Part shown: positions 49,967 through 61,500 of the stretch, one piece after another
How positions within the stretch are numbered: position 1 is the first letter of the stretch
Layout: the number at the start of each line of letters is the position of its first letter
Virus record (IMG/VR): IMGVR_UViG_3300002542_000006
Location: 4,740 to 68,739 of that record
Reading direction: 5' to 3' (one strand)
DNA from: a virus
DNA length: 64,000 nt
Made by a program: the position numbers and the translations under genes
Notes under the pieces: model-generated
Database searches by the model: none
What the model was told of the DNA's origin: nothing
What the model saw: the letters and a program-made list of their open reading frames with translations, nothing else

Positions 49967-50668
49967 TCATATCGCTTCTAATTGGGACAATCCCTGGCTC
50001 AGGCATTTGCTTGCAAGTCCATCCACATATTTATTATATACCAAAAGCCTTAATAGTTCCTCATTAGAAATTTTCATTTTATTTACTTTAGCAAACTTGT
50101 CCCTGGCCTTTCTAAATTTCTCATTAGTAAATAACTCTTTAGGTATATCAAGTTTAAGTTTCTTTTTCTTATGCCGATTTTCAAAATAGCAGCAGATTTC
50201 CTCTATATAATTAGAGTATATATGGTGGTCAATTGCATGGGAATTAATATGATAAAATCTGAGATCGTACATATCATTTATAAGATAATTTTTATAGATC
50301 TTCTTAAAAACATCTTGATTTGCAACCTGTTCACCATTTGAGTTTTTCAATATCCCATTCCGCGAACGTTTTATCCATTTATAAATCCAATCCCTACACG
50401 ATTCAACAGTTATCAGTGAATCTGAGTATACTGCAACGTGGACCGGAATACTTATATATTTCTTATCAACTTTCTTTATCATTTTATTAATTTTATTCAT
50501 ACCAAGTAATATTGCAGACGATTCAGCAAGGTTATTAGTTCCGTTATTAAAAAATTCAGTCCCATCTTTTATCAATGTATCCTTTAGGTAAATAGCATAC
50601 GCCGAAGCGCTTGCTTTAAATTTATCATTTAAAACTGATGATCCATCTGTGAACAGTTCCAGAATCAA
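49967..50668 (-). CDS. rnhA: Ribonuclease HI
   Basis: FTDGSS, TNNLAE, YSDS, HINSH, N.YVD.LA catalytic pattern. Confidence 0.88.
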   Translation of the reverse strand: MILELFTDGSSVLNDKFKASASAYAIYLKDTLIKDGTEFFNNGTNNLAESSAILLGMNKINKMIKKVDKKYISIPVHVAVYSDSLITVESCRDWIYKWIKRSRNGILKNSNGEQVANQDVFKKIYKNYLINDMYDLRFYHINSHAIDHHIYSNYIEEICCYFENRHKKKKLKLDIPKELFTNEKFRKARDKFAKVNKMKISNEELLRLLVYNKYVDGLASKCLSQGLSQLEAI

Positions 50669-50785
50669 AATTCACACTCCTCTCAGGTTATTAATATCAC
50701 ATCAATAATATATATTTTTTCGAGATAAGTGAAAAAAGTCCCATATACAGCATTGTTGCTGTATATGGAAGTGTTTTGAGCAAAA

Positions 50786-52504
50786 TTAATATTTAAACGT
50801 ATTGCGTACAGCCTGAGTGAATCTATCTTGAATAGCCCCGATAACGTTAGCAGGAATATCTGCAAATTTATTAATCTTACTTGCAAGGAATAAGCTAAGT
50901 TTACGGGAAATATCAGGCTCATTGAGGTTAATTGCGGCCATATTAGCCAGAAAATCCAGTAAGCCGATATTATTAACAAACATGCCGTAGTTATTAGCAT
51001 TTCCCACTGTCAATGAATTATATAAACTTCTTATGGTTAAGGATACTTGAACTTCGAGAGGAAGTCCATTTCTGGACATAGAATCACCAGAACCAAATCT
51101 CGATATTGAAACATAGTCGACTAAACCCAAATCGCAGTTAAATACACCTTTAGCGTTTGCCTGTATCAAAAATGGCGAGTAATAACCATTTGGTCCAAAT
51201 TGTCTTGGAAAGGCAAGAGCAATAATCATATTAAGAGGGACCATCACATTTAAGTAGAACGCCTCAGGATCTCCATATGGAGAATGTAAGTGGATATCAA
51301 TCGTAAACGTTCTATTAAAAGCCGAGTCAGTCCAAATTTCCGGAAGAAGCATATTCGCTCCAGTTATAACAGTTCTAAACCCCACATTCAAGTTATTCAT
51401 TATACCCTTAAACATCCCGATATTAGGGTTGTCGCCGTCTTGAAAATTTTTGATCATCATTTCAGTAGTATTCATAACCTGCGTCTCATAATTTGCAGGG
51501 TTCATGGCATCCAACTGTCTACCTGCACCTACGCCCATTATAAATGCGGCTTCTCTTGCTTGTGAAGATGCTTTATTTAAGATGCCATCTAACATAGATT
51601 TTGTTGTAGAGTTAGAGCCCGTTTCAGACATACCAGATGATTGTTTATTGAAATATAGTGATAGTACTCCATGATTTTTAGCAAAATTTAAAACGCCTTT
51701 ACCGCCATCTGATTCAACACGCTCAGAGGACCAATTGAAGAATTCATATGTGCTAGAACCTGGACGTAGTCTTTTATCTTTTATTCCCAAGTAAATGGCG
51801 GATGTTCTATTTAATGCATTTACAATTTTAATCCATTCATTATATTGGGTCTGAAAAGTATAATATCTTGCAATTTTTCCATCTAATATTTTTTGAATCA
51901 TATCAGAAACAGCTTCAGAAGATTGTTCAACCATGGACTCTAATAAATTTACTAAGCTATCCCTAGTCTTTTTATCTACACCTTTACCCGAAAGAAATCT
52001 CGGGCCACCAGGTATAATATAACATACAGGCATATCCATCAAAACATTTTCAGTGTACATCCTGCCAAAACTCGACCCACTAGGCCTCATATCGGCAGTC
52101 CATAAAAACTGTGAAGGTAAACCATATATTGATCTGAGAGAGGTCAATTTAAATTCTGCCATCTCAGAATAATTTTGATATAAACTTCTTATTTGCTCCA
52201 AATCCTCACTAAAATCGAGTCCATCATCAGGAGCCTGTGTTGCTGTATCTTCCTTAGTAGGTGCCGGGGCAGGTTTATTAGGAGGTGTATCAGAAGAAAC
52301 TTTCTGCATATAAGTATTGGATGATGATTGTATTGTGGACCACCCAGAGCTATGTTGACCCCACAATCTACCATCAGCATCTTTTTGAGTATTTGTAACA
52401 TTAACAACCTGATTTTTGGTTAATACTCTACCTGTTTTACTTGCGCTTAGACTTGGCCCTGAACGAACATTTAAGGCATCGACCAATACTTTATATTCAG
52501 CCAT
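50786..52504 (-). CDS. Tail/baseplate hub protein with N-terminal SH3b domain
   Basis: ALNVRSGPS...WG SH3b motif; immediately follows the tape-measure/lysin gene; AACC-N6-TA upstream. Confidence 0.65.
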   Translation of the reverse strand: MAEYKVLVDALNVRSGPSLSASKTGRVLTKNQVVNVTNTQKDADGRLWGQHSSGWSTIQSSSNTYMQKVSSDTPPNKPAPAPTKEDTATQAPDDGLDFSEDLEQIRSLYQNYSEMAEFKLTSLRSIYGLPSQFLWTADMRPSGSSFGRMYTENVLMDMPVCYIIPGGPRFLSGKGVDKKTRDSLVNLLESMVEQSSEAVSDMIQKILDGKIARYYTFQTQYNEWIKIVNALNRTSAIYLGIKDKRLRPGSSTYEFFNWSSERVESDGGKGVLNFAKNHGVLSLYFNKQSSGMSETGSNSTTKSMLDGILNKASSQAREAAFIMGVGAGRQLDAMNPANYETQVMNTTEMMIKNFQDGDNPNIGMFKGIMNNLNVGFRTVITGANMLLPEIWTDSAFNRTFTIDIHLHSPYGDPEAFYLNVMVPLNMIIALAFPRQFGPNGYYSPFLIQANAKGVFNCDLGLVDYVSISRFGSGDSMSRNGLPLEVQVSLTIRSLYNSLTVGNANNYGMFVNNIGLLDFLANMAAINLNEPDISRKLSLFLASKINKFADIPANVIGAIQDRFTQAVRNTFKY

Positions 52505-52560
52505 TTTTTATCACCTTCTTTTCTAAAAAATATTCTATTATTTAAAGGTTTTAAATAAAA

Positions 52561-52587
52561 AGGAGGATGGAGAATTTCCATCCTCCT
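52561..52587 (-). terminator. Terminator after the tape-measure gene
   Basis: 11-bp stem AGGAGGATGGA/TCCATCCTCCT then T-run on the minus strand. Confidence 0.7.
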
Positions 52588-52593
52588 TCATTT

Positions 52594-55500
52594 TTATAAC
52601 ACAGTTCCTTTAGCAATCTGGGCTATGATACCACTTTTATCATTACGTTTCCTATTAGCTCCTGACCCTGAGCTCAATGGATTAATAGGAGGTGTATTTG
52701 TATTAGAAACAATGGGCCTAGAAGTAGATGTGGTCCCTCTTTGATTATAGGCCTGTTCTATACTCTCAAAATAATTCTTAAGAATTTCCTTAGCTTCATC
52801 AGATATACCAACAAGGTTTTCCAAAGAGCTTGCTATTACGGTAAGAAGTTGTATAATCTTATCGAAATTATTATTAGCATTCCCACTACTTGAAGTGACA
52901 GCCTCGCTAACCCTCTGAGTATATTCAGAAATGTCAGGAGGACCAAAATTATTGTCGTAGATAGGATCTCCGCCACCAGTCTGACCCATTATTGGTGGAG
53001 TAAAGCCGGAAGTATAAGTTACACCACCTATAGTTCCTTTAAACTCAGAAGAAATGTATCTAGCAAGATTAGGATTAGGTTCCATAGGTGTGCCGAATAA
53101 AGGCATCAATTCACTTCTAGATCTACCATATAGCTTAGTTTCAATAGGCTCAAAATGCCATGGCTCCCAGCTCATCGGACGATACAGCCCGAATTTCGCA
53201 AGTTCAGCCTCAGACAGATTTTGAATCCAACCACTTATATCAGCAGCTATACCTACAGCGTGATTACTTCTACCGGGGTCAGCAACCCATTTTCTACGCT
53301 CAGCTTCAGATTTGCCAGGGTTTTTAGCTCTCCACTCATTAATTAGCTTGATCTGTTCTTCGTCTGAACGATAACCAGAATTAATTGTAATAGATTTACC
53401 ATATGCTCTAGATATATTATTGAGTCTTTCAGCAAGAAATTCATGAACATCATTATCTCCGCGCACCAGGGGGTAAAGCTGTGAGTTTCTCGCTTTAACT
53501 GCATTAATATCAGAACTTGAATAAGTCTTATTAGCAGCATTGAAAGTAGCTCCCACTCCAGTTGAGCTGGTATCGACTATAGCGGCATAGAACGGGTCAG
53601 TTTGTTTCATAAGTTCTGCATCGAGAACAGATGTCAGCTCAGAAGGATCAAATCCGAACATCTCTTTTACTTTATCGCCAGCAAGGAAAGTTCCTAAAGC
53701 ACCAAGTGTAGATGCCATAGTGTATTCCTTGACTGAGCCGCTAGTTGCTGCATCCATTCCAGCAAGCCCTGTGATGCTAGCAGCGGCGGCAAGGTCTATA
53801 GGAGTCATTTTAGACGTATCTACCACATCTTTAAGATCCAGACCAGTATTTTCTTTAAGATTTCTTACAACTCTTTCAAGATATTCTCTGCCATGTCCTC
53901 TTCCATAACCACCAGTATCATATAATCCTATGCCCTTCTTAACATTTCCAGGACCTACATTATATGCAATAATCGCTTTAGTTGCGTCTCCTCCAAACAT
54001 ATCAAACATTTGTCGGAGATAAGCCATAGACATTGTGGCGTTAATGTTTTTATCGAACGCCATATTATGGTTATACTTACCAAGTTTCAAAGTATTTTCA
54101 TATATTCCTCTAGCCGTATCCTCTAAGAGCTGACCCCATCCTCTTGCGCTTGAGACAGGGTTAACAGCCTTAGAGTAAAGATTACTTTCGGTTTCAGCTA
54201 ATGCCAGCCATAAGTGTGGGTTTATTCCAAATCTTTCAGCAATAGAATTTATCATAATTAAATCCGATGCAGTGGCGTCGGTTCCGGGTATAGCACCCCT
54301 TATAGCATATGATAAATCATCATATACTGGATCGCCGCCACCCTTTTCATCGGGCACCGCTATAGAATCTAACCATCTTGCAACTTTTCTACCAACATTT
54401 CTTGCACTTTCACCAGTTTCCTTACCAGCTTTGGACATTTTCTCTTTTGCGGTTTTACCTCGATCACCAAAGATCGAGTTCCATATATCTGATGCCCAAT
54501 CAGTAGCTTTATTCCAAAGATTCTTTATACCAGTACCAAAATTCTGAAGAGGTTCGACTACCCAGTCGTCCCACTTGTTTCCAACCCAATCACCAACAGC
54601 TTTAAATCCTTCTCTAACTGCACCAACCGCTCTATTTAAAGGATTGACGATCCATGATTGCCACTTATCGCCAACCCAATTTCCTATTTCAGTAAATTTA
54701 GTTTTAAGCGTACCGAAGAAATTCTTTATAGGTTCAGGTACGTATTCTTCCCATACTTCCCCAAACCAATTTTTGACATTGGTCCATTTCTCAGAAACAA
54801 AGTTTCCAAAATTGTTAAGCGGGTCGACGACCCAACTATTCCATTTTTCAGCAGTCCAATCTTTAAATTTACCCCAAGATTCCTTTATCCATTCCATTCC
54901 TCTTTGGAATGGTTCAACAACCCACTCATTCCATTTTTCGTTAAGAGTTCTTTTAAAGTTATTCCACAATCTTCCCACAAGGGCACCAAGAGATTTCAGT
55001 ATCTCGGCACCACCATCTATTACACCAGAAGTTATCTCAGAGATCATTGTGATAAACCCAGTAGAAAGGTTTCTTACTGTTTCAACAGGTGCGCTATTCC
55101 AGAACTTAGTTGCTGCTTCAATCGTGAAGTTTTTAGCTTTATTATATTTATCTTTAGCCCATTCGGCAATTTCATCTTTCTTCTCATAAAGACGTCTTAC
55201 GCCCGCTTCACCTATTATGGCTCCACCAATACCACCAATAGTCGCACCAACAATATTTCCAATACCAGGTACTATCGTACCACCAGCTGCACCAAGAGCG
55301 GCACCAGCTGCAAATCCTCCAGCAATTCCACCAAGGGTTCCGAATAGACCCTTTTTAGCTTCATCTTTTTCCTCTTCAGTTTCAGCAGAATATACATTAT
55401 ATGCATCATAGCCAACAAGTCCTAATCCAAGAAGAGATCCAATTACGGGTACTCTTTTGGCACCTCTAGCTAAATTGGCTAATCTAGAACCAAGAGTTGG

Positions 55501-58500
55501 TTTAGCTCTATACGTCCCATCTCTGCCCCGAACCATTTCAATAGATTGGCCTCGCCCAGGTCCTCTACCGTCTGTAGGTCCAGGTAAAGAGAGGGTTCCT
55601 CCTCTGCCACCTCTTCCTCTACCTTGTGTGCCACCACCAGGAGGTAACAATATGGTGCCACCGCCAGCCGGAGGACGGACTGAACCTCCGCCCTTTGTAG
55701 TAGCCCCACCGCCTCCTCTTTTTCCACTAGAAGGTGTATCTACACTCGGACCTCCACCGAACCATCTTCCAAGTCCTGTGGTAAGTCTTTTCATTATATT
55801 ATAAATATCCCTTAGGAACGGTGCAAGAAATGCACCAAGAAGAGGCCACATATTCTTAATAGCGCTACTTATGTTTCTAAGTGTATCAAATATACTTTTA
55901 CCTTTCTCATCAGTAGTGGCTTTATTAGTTACATCCAATAATTGAATATTGGAAACTACAAGTTCATTTAAAAGACCTAAAGATGCATTACGATAATCTT
56001 GCTCAGTCCTTACCCTCTTAGTCAGACTTTCAATAGCCATAATACGAGGTATCGGACTGATCCATTTACTTCTGCTCATACGAGCTATAAATGAACCAGC
56101 TCTAGAGAATATGTTACTGGCTTTTCTTGTGCCTGTCTGTGTAGCAGATGCGTCTCCTGGACGCCCCTGAGAAGTGCCGGTTGTTCTACCATCACCTGTG
56201 GCTTGAGCTGTTTTAGATGACGCAAATGTCTGTAAATCTAAACCTAATCTTCTTTTAGCTGTAATAGTATTAGTTTCATCTCCGCCACCACACGGAAGTG
56301 TTTTTATACATTCCTCAATTTTATTAAGGATATCAACTTTTCCAACATCCTCTACTTTATCCAAGGTGCCACCAACTACATACACAGGTTTACCTGAGAG
56401 TCCAGTGAGGCTCCCTTGAATTTGACTCATTCGTCCGATTCCAAATAATCTGCCAACAGCCCTAACTCCTCTACCAATAAGACCAGCAGCGAATTTGGCC
56501 ATACCCATTACGGCTTTACCAACTTTTACCGTGAGATTCCCTATGCCTTTAGCAAGGTTCCATAACCCTTTAGTGACAGCAGGAATTGCTTTTCTTGTTA
56601 AGTTGATCATGCCAAGGGCTGCATCTTTAGCCAAGCCACCGATTCCCTTGGCTATTTGCCACATCCCTTTGGCCACATCTCCAGTCACCTTAAATAATGC
56701 TTTAAGGGGTTTTACAACTACCCCATCTAACAGAACTTTAGAAAAATTCACTAACGATTTAAAGAAATTAGATCTAAAGAAGTTTGCTATGCCCTTAACA
56801 ATTCCTCCCATTGCTCTGAATGGGAGTTTTACAATTCTATATAACGATTTTCCAAACCAGGTTACAGCTCTTCCAATCATTCTAGGAATTTTCATAAATG
56901 CTTTAGTTGTGAAATTCCAAAGACGCCGGATTGGTTTAAGAATCAGGGTCTTGGTAAGGTTTTTCATAAACGTAAATGGGCTTCTGATAATGTCCATTAT
57001 ACGTCCAAATATTCCTCTACGTTTACGATTACCTCTTTCTCCCTTGAGACCCTTAGCCTCTTCAGAAGGAGCCCCAAAGGCATCAAGCATTATATTAGTA
57101 ATAGTCTCAACATTATAACCCAGACCATCAAGTTGACCGTGAACTTCATTTCTGATATCTCTTACATATTGGAGAAGAGTAGAATTATGAGCTGTAAATT
57201 TATCATAGTCAAAACTTCCCACAAGCTCAAGAGCTTTGGACTTCCCTTGTGCATTAAGTCTTTCTTTTACAGTGATACCATCAAGTAATTGATGATTTAT
57301 ACTTTGAGTAGACTCATCAATATTTTTAAGTTTCTTTCCAAAAGATACTAATACTCCAAATATTTTACTAAGTATCGATCCATCATCTTTAGATTTCCCG
57401 ATTCCGCCACCTAAATCGAGTTTTAATCTGCCGTTACCAGCAGATGCGGCAGGACTTCCTGCTGCAAAGAATTGTAGAAATCCATATTTCTTAAGTTCGT
57501 CACCATATTTACCTTCTTTAATATTCTTATTCAAACGATCCATGAAGGACCCTTTAGATTCTTCCCTAGGAGCGGGAAGTAAACCCGCAACATTAGCTTT
57601 AGAAATTGCATCTTTGGTTTGCTCTATAATAGAAGATCCCTGTTTACTTAAAGACTCATCTTTATCTTCTCTACTGGAACCATATTTTTCGAGAATTTCA
57701 TCCCTACTCATTCCAGTTTTTTCAGCTTCAGAGTCAATAATAGAATTTGCAAACAGAGTTAATCCCTTGATAGGTGCCGTAAGAATCATTGATAATCCTT
57801 TTCCTAGGAAATTGAAGAATCTATCGAGGGTCTTCTTCAAGGGATCAGTTATATTTTCTTTAATAAAATTCTTAAGAGGAATTCCAACATTTTTCGTGAA
57901 TACTTCATGAAAAGCATTTACGAAAGATTTCTTCATATCAGCCCATGCGTCTTTGATATTCTTTCCAAGAATACCAAATGCCGCCCTAAGAGGTTGCATT
58001 GCATGGAACAACGGGGCTTTAATAGCACTATCAAACCATTCACCAATAACTTTACCTTTATTTCTTAACCATCCTTTAAACGGGATCAGAAATTCATCAC
58101 GAACAAAATCTCTTACACTTCCAAGCAACCCACCGACTCTTCTACCAGACTCGGGGTCCACTTTACCAAACATAAATTCTTTAAATTTCTCAGATGTGGA
58201 CAGTATAGACATGGAAGCACCAACCATTGCGCCTACAAGAGGTCCGCCTGGTAATAACCCTCCGGTCACAAGACCAGATAGTGCTCCAAATATACCACCA
58301 GCAATACCTCTAGGAAGATTTTCTTTAATTTTATTGCGCATTTCAGGAGTAATCAGACCTTTAGTGATTATATTGCCATCTTTATCAGTCTGACCAAACA
58401 GCATATCCTGAACCTTTTTAGATTTAGCAGCAAAGCCTAAAGCCGATCCAATTGTCAAACCAATTAACGGACCTCCAGGTAAGAAGAAGCTTGCCCCCAT

Positions 58501-61500
58501 ACCTAGAATACCGCCAGCTCCCATAGAAGGAAGATATTCTTTCATCTTGTCCTTGAAGTCAGGACCAAGAACTCCTTTAGTTATAATATTTCCTTTTTCA
58601 TCAGTTTTACCAAAAAGCCATTCTTGCATAGTTTTGGATTGAGAAGCAAATCCTATAGCTGAGCCCAATGTAAGGCCGAGTAATGGACCTCCAGGGAGAA
58701 GGAGACTTGCTCCTAAACCAAGTATTCCGCCACCCAGTATAGAAGGTAACGTTTGCTTAACTTCATTTAAAATCTTTTTATAGTGAGGAGGAATAATTCC
58801 AGGTCTACCCTCTTCATCGTTACCAAAGAGAAACTCTCTAAATTTCTTTGAATGTCCAGCGAATGCGATAGTGGAACCTATCATAGCCCACATCATAGGA
58901 CCGCCAGGTAAAACAGCACTAGATATTGCACCCAAGGCACCGCCAGCCAAGCCTTTGGGTAAAAATCCTTTAAGCTCTCTCTTCCATTGATCTATACTTC
59001 TTTCTACATCCTCATCAGATTCATTTTTCTTAGATTTGAAGAGATTATCGAAGATCTTGTAAGTCCTCTTAAGCTGATCCATTATTCCGGAAAGTAATCC
59101 GTCATCTCTTCTCTTAGTGACTTTTCTTACTTCCCCAGTTTCAGGATCTACTTCATCAATCTCATACTTTGTGCCGAACAATCCAGTTTTAACAGATTCC
59201 ATTATATTTTTAGAATATTTCTTCACATAAGCAAATACAGAGGTTTCTTTATTTTGCTTAACGACTTCACCAGTAGATTTTACATAACCTGAGCCGGTGA
59301 AGAAGTGTCTAAGTTGGTTAGAATAATCTTTAAACGAATTTGCAATATCGGCAAGAATACCGCCAGTGTAAAATCCTTCTTTGTTTAATGATCCAAGGAA
59401 GAATTCCTTCATTTTTTCATATTTAGCTTTAGCAAAATCTTTAAATCTATCAAGGAATGGGGTTAATTGCTGTTGAAATTTCGTGAATATACCATCTTCC
59501 CCAAAAAACTTCTCATGGAGTGGGGATAATATATTCTTATCGACCCACTTCAAAGATTTATCAATAGCATTAGAAATTCTTTCAGTCATCCGAGCGAAGA
59601 AGCTGTTTCTACTAGGGCCGTCACCACCGCCATCATCACCATCCTCTGATGACTCTTTTCCGTGACGACCAAAAATAAGAGCATGGGCAAATTCATCTAT
59701 TTTATTTGCCACTTTTGTGAAAATATTTGAAGGTGAAAATCCCTGTTTTATAACTCTAAATTTATCCCTTAAAGAAGATTGTTTTGTAACTTCTTCAACA
59801 AATCTCCTGAATCCAGTATGTTGGTAGCCAACACTTCCTGAGATGGCCATTGACCTCAGAAGCTGTTCTTCACTTTGTTGGAAGCTTTCTTCTAAATCCT
59901 TCTTTCCCTGGAGTGTGGACGGACCCTCACCTCCAGTGATAGGAGTTGATGGTTGCATAGCTACCGACACTTTACCTTCTCCGTAATTAGTAGAATCAAT
60001 CTTTCTACCCATAATTCTTTTAAGAAGGGAAGGTCTAGAAGGCATAGTCCCTATTTGAACAACTTTTATTCCTTCAATAAGAATATTTTTAATATCCCTG
60101 AGAAGAGTATTCGTAGTAGAATATCCCGAACCTGCTTTAACAGTAGGAGCCTCAAGACCAGAATATGCTATTCCTAATCCAGATTCAGCAAGCTCTTTCT
60201 CAATATTCTCAACAGTTCTACTTGCCCCCATGCGCCCCTTAATGATTCCCTGGGCTATTCTGTTTTGAACAGATTTGGGCATACTCATAAATGCTGCACG
60301 CAGTAAGTTATATGATCTTTCATCCTTTAATTGTAGCCCGCTTAAATCTTTAGCAGATTTAGTGGTATAAGGGTTATAGTTTCTACCAGAAGTAATTAAG
60401 TAATCGAGAAACGTATCGAGTTCTTCGATCATAAATTCAGAAGTTCCGCCTTTAATTTGGGCAAGCCTGCTCTTCATTCCTTCACGGATATCGTACATCT
60501 CGTAAACTCCACCCTGACGGATTCTCTTCTGATGATCTTTAGTAAGACCCACAGTTTCTACAAATTTACCAGAGGAATAGTTATAGATCATAACTTTATT
60601 AGAGCCTTGTACCGCCGATAAAATATGGGATAATAGCGTAGGAATTACTTCAGTTATCGCTTTATCGGCTCTTCCGTTATATTGCATTACACCTTTATGG
60701 AATTTAGATGGATCAATTTTTCTTCTTCCATCAATTTCTAATCCAAAAATAGATCCTAACATCTGTTTGAAAGGGCTAGAAAAATCCCCCTTCATTCTAT
60801 TCAGACCTAAAATTAGGCTTGAAAATAGTCCTGTAACTGAATTATCTAAACTTTTCATAACTAATTTAAGAGACTTGGGCATAAGCCCAGCTACCATAAA
60901 ATCAGTTAAAAACCCAAGAGGGTTATTTTTAATCATTCCAAGAATTCCGCCTTCGCCACCTCCAGCCATTTTGGACATAGAGGCGGCCAAGCCAAGGCTT
61001 GTTCCGCCAAACCATGTTGAGAAATTCTTCTTTATAGCTTCGCCATATGCTTTAAGATCTAACCCGCCGCTGCTCAATATATCCTCGAAAGAAGTAGGTG
61101 TAGATCCAGGCTCCTCTTTCTTCGGAATAAGACCTTCTTTAATCTCGCGCAACTCCTGTAATACATTATCATAAAATGTAAGAGTTTTATTCATATGATC
61201 CACAATTTGATTATTGTGGAATTCTACTATAGATGTAAGAAGATTATTTGTATCAGTAATTGTCTTTATCGTCTCCGTATGCATTTGAGACGAAAGAGTC
61301 ATAAACATCGAAGACAGCTTTCTATTATTTCCAACAATATAGTTAGCAGAACGATCAGAAGCTTCTACAATCGTTTCCATTAAAGCTTTAGTTCTCAGAT
61401 TAGAACCAGCTTCCCTTATTTTAGTCTGCTCAATAGTTATAGACGTATCATCTTCACGGATACTAAATTCCACATCATCAAGATCTCCAGAGTCATCGTC

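Noticed and set aside
50683-51000. 105-aa minus-strand ORF overlapping the tail gene end and the RNase H promoter
   Set aside because: No SD, spans an early promoter motif, and lies out of frame within a real gene
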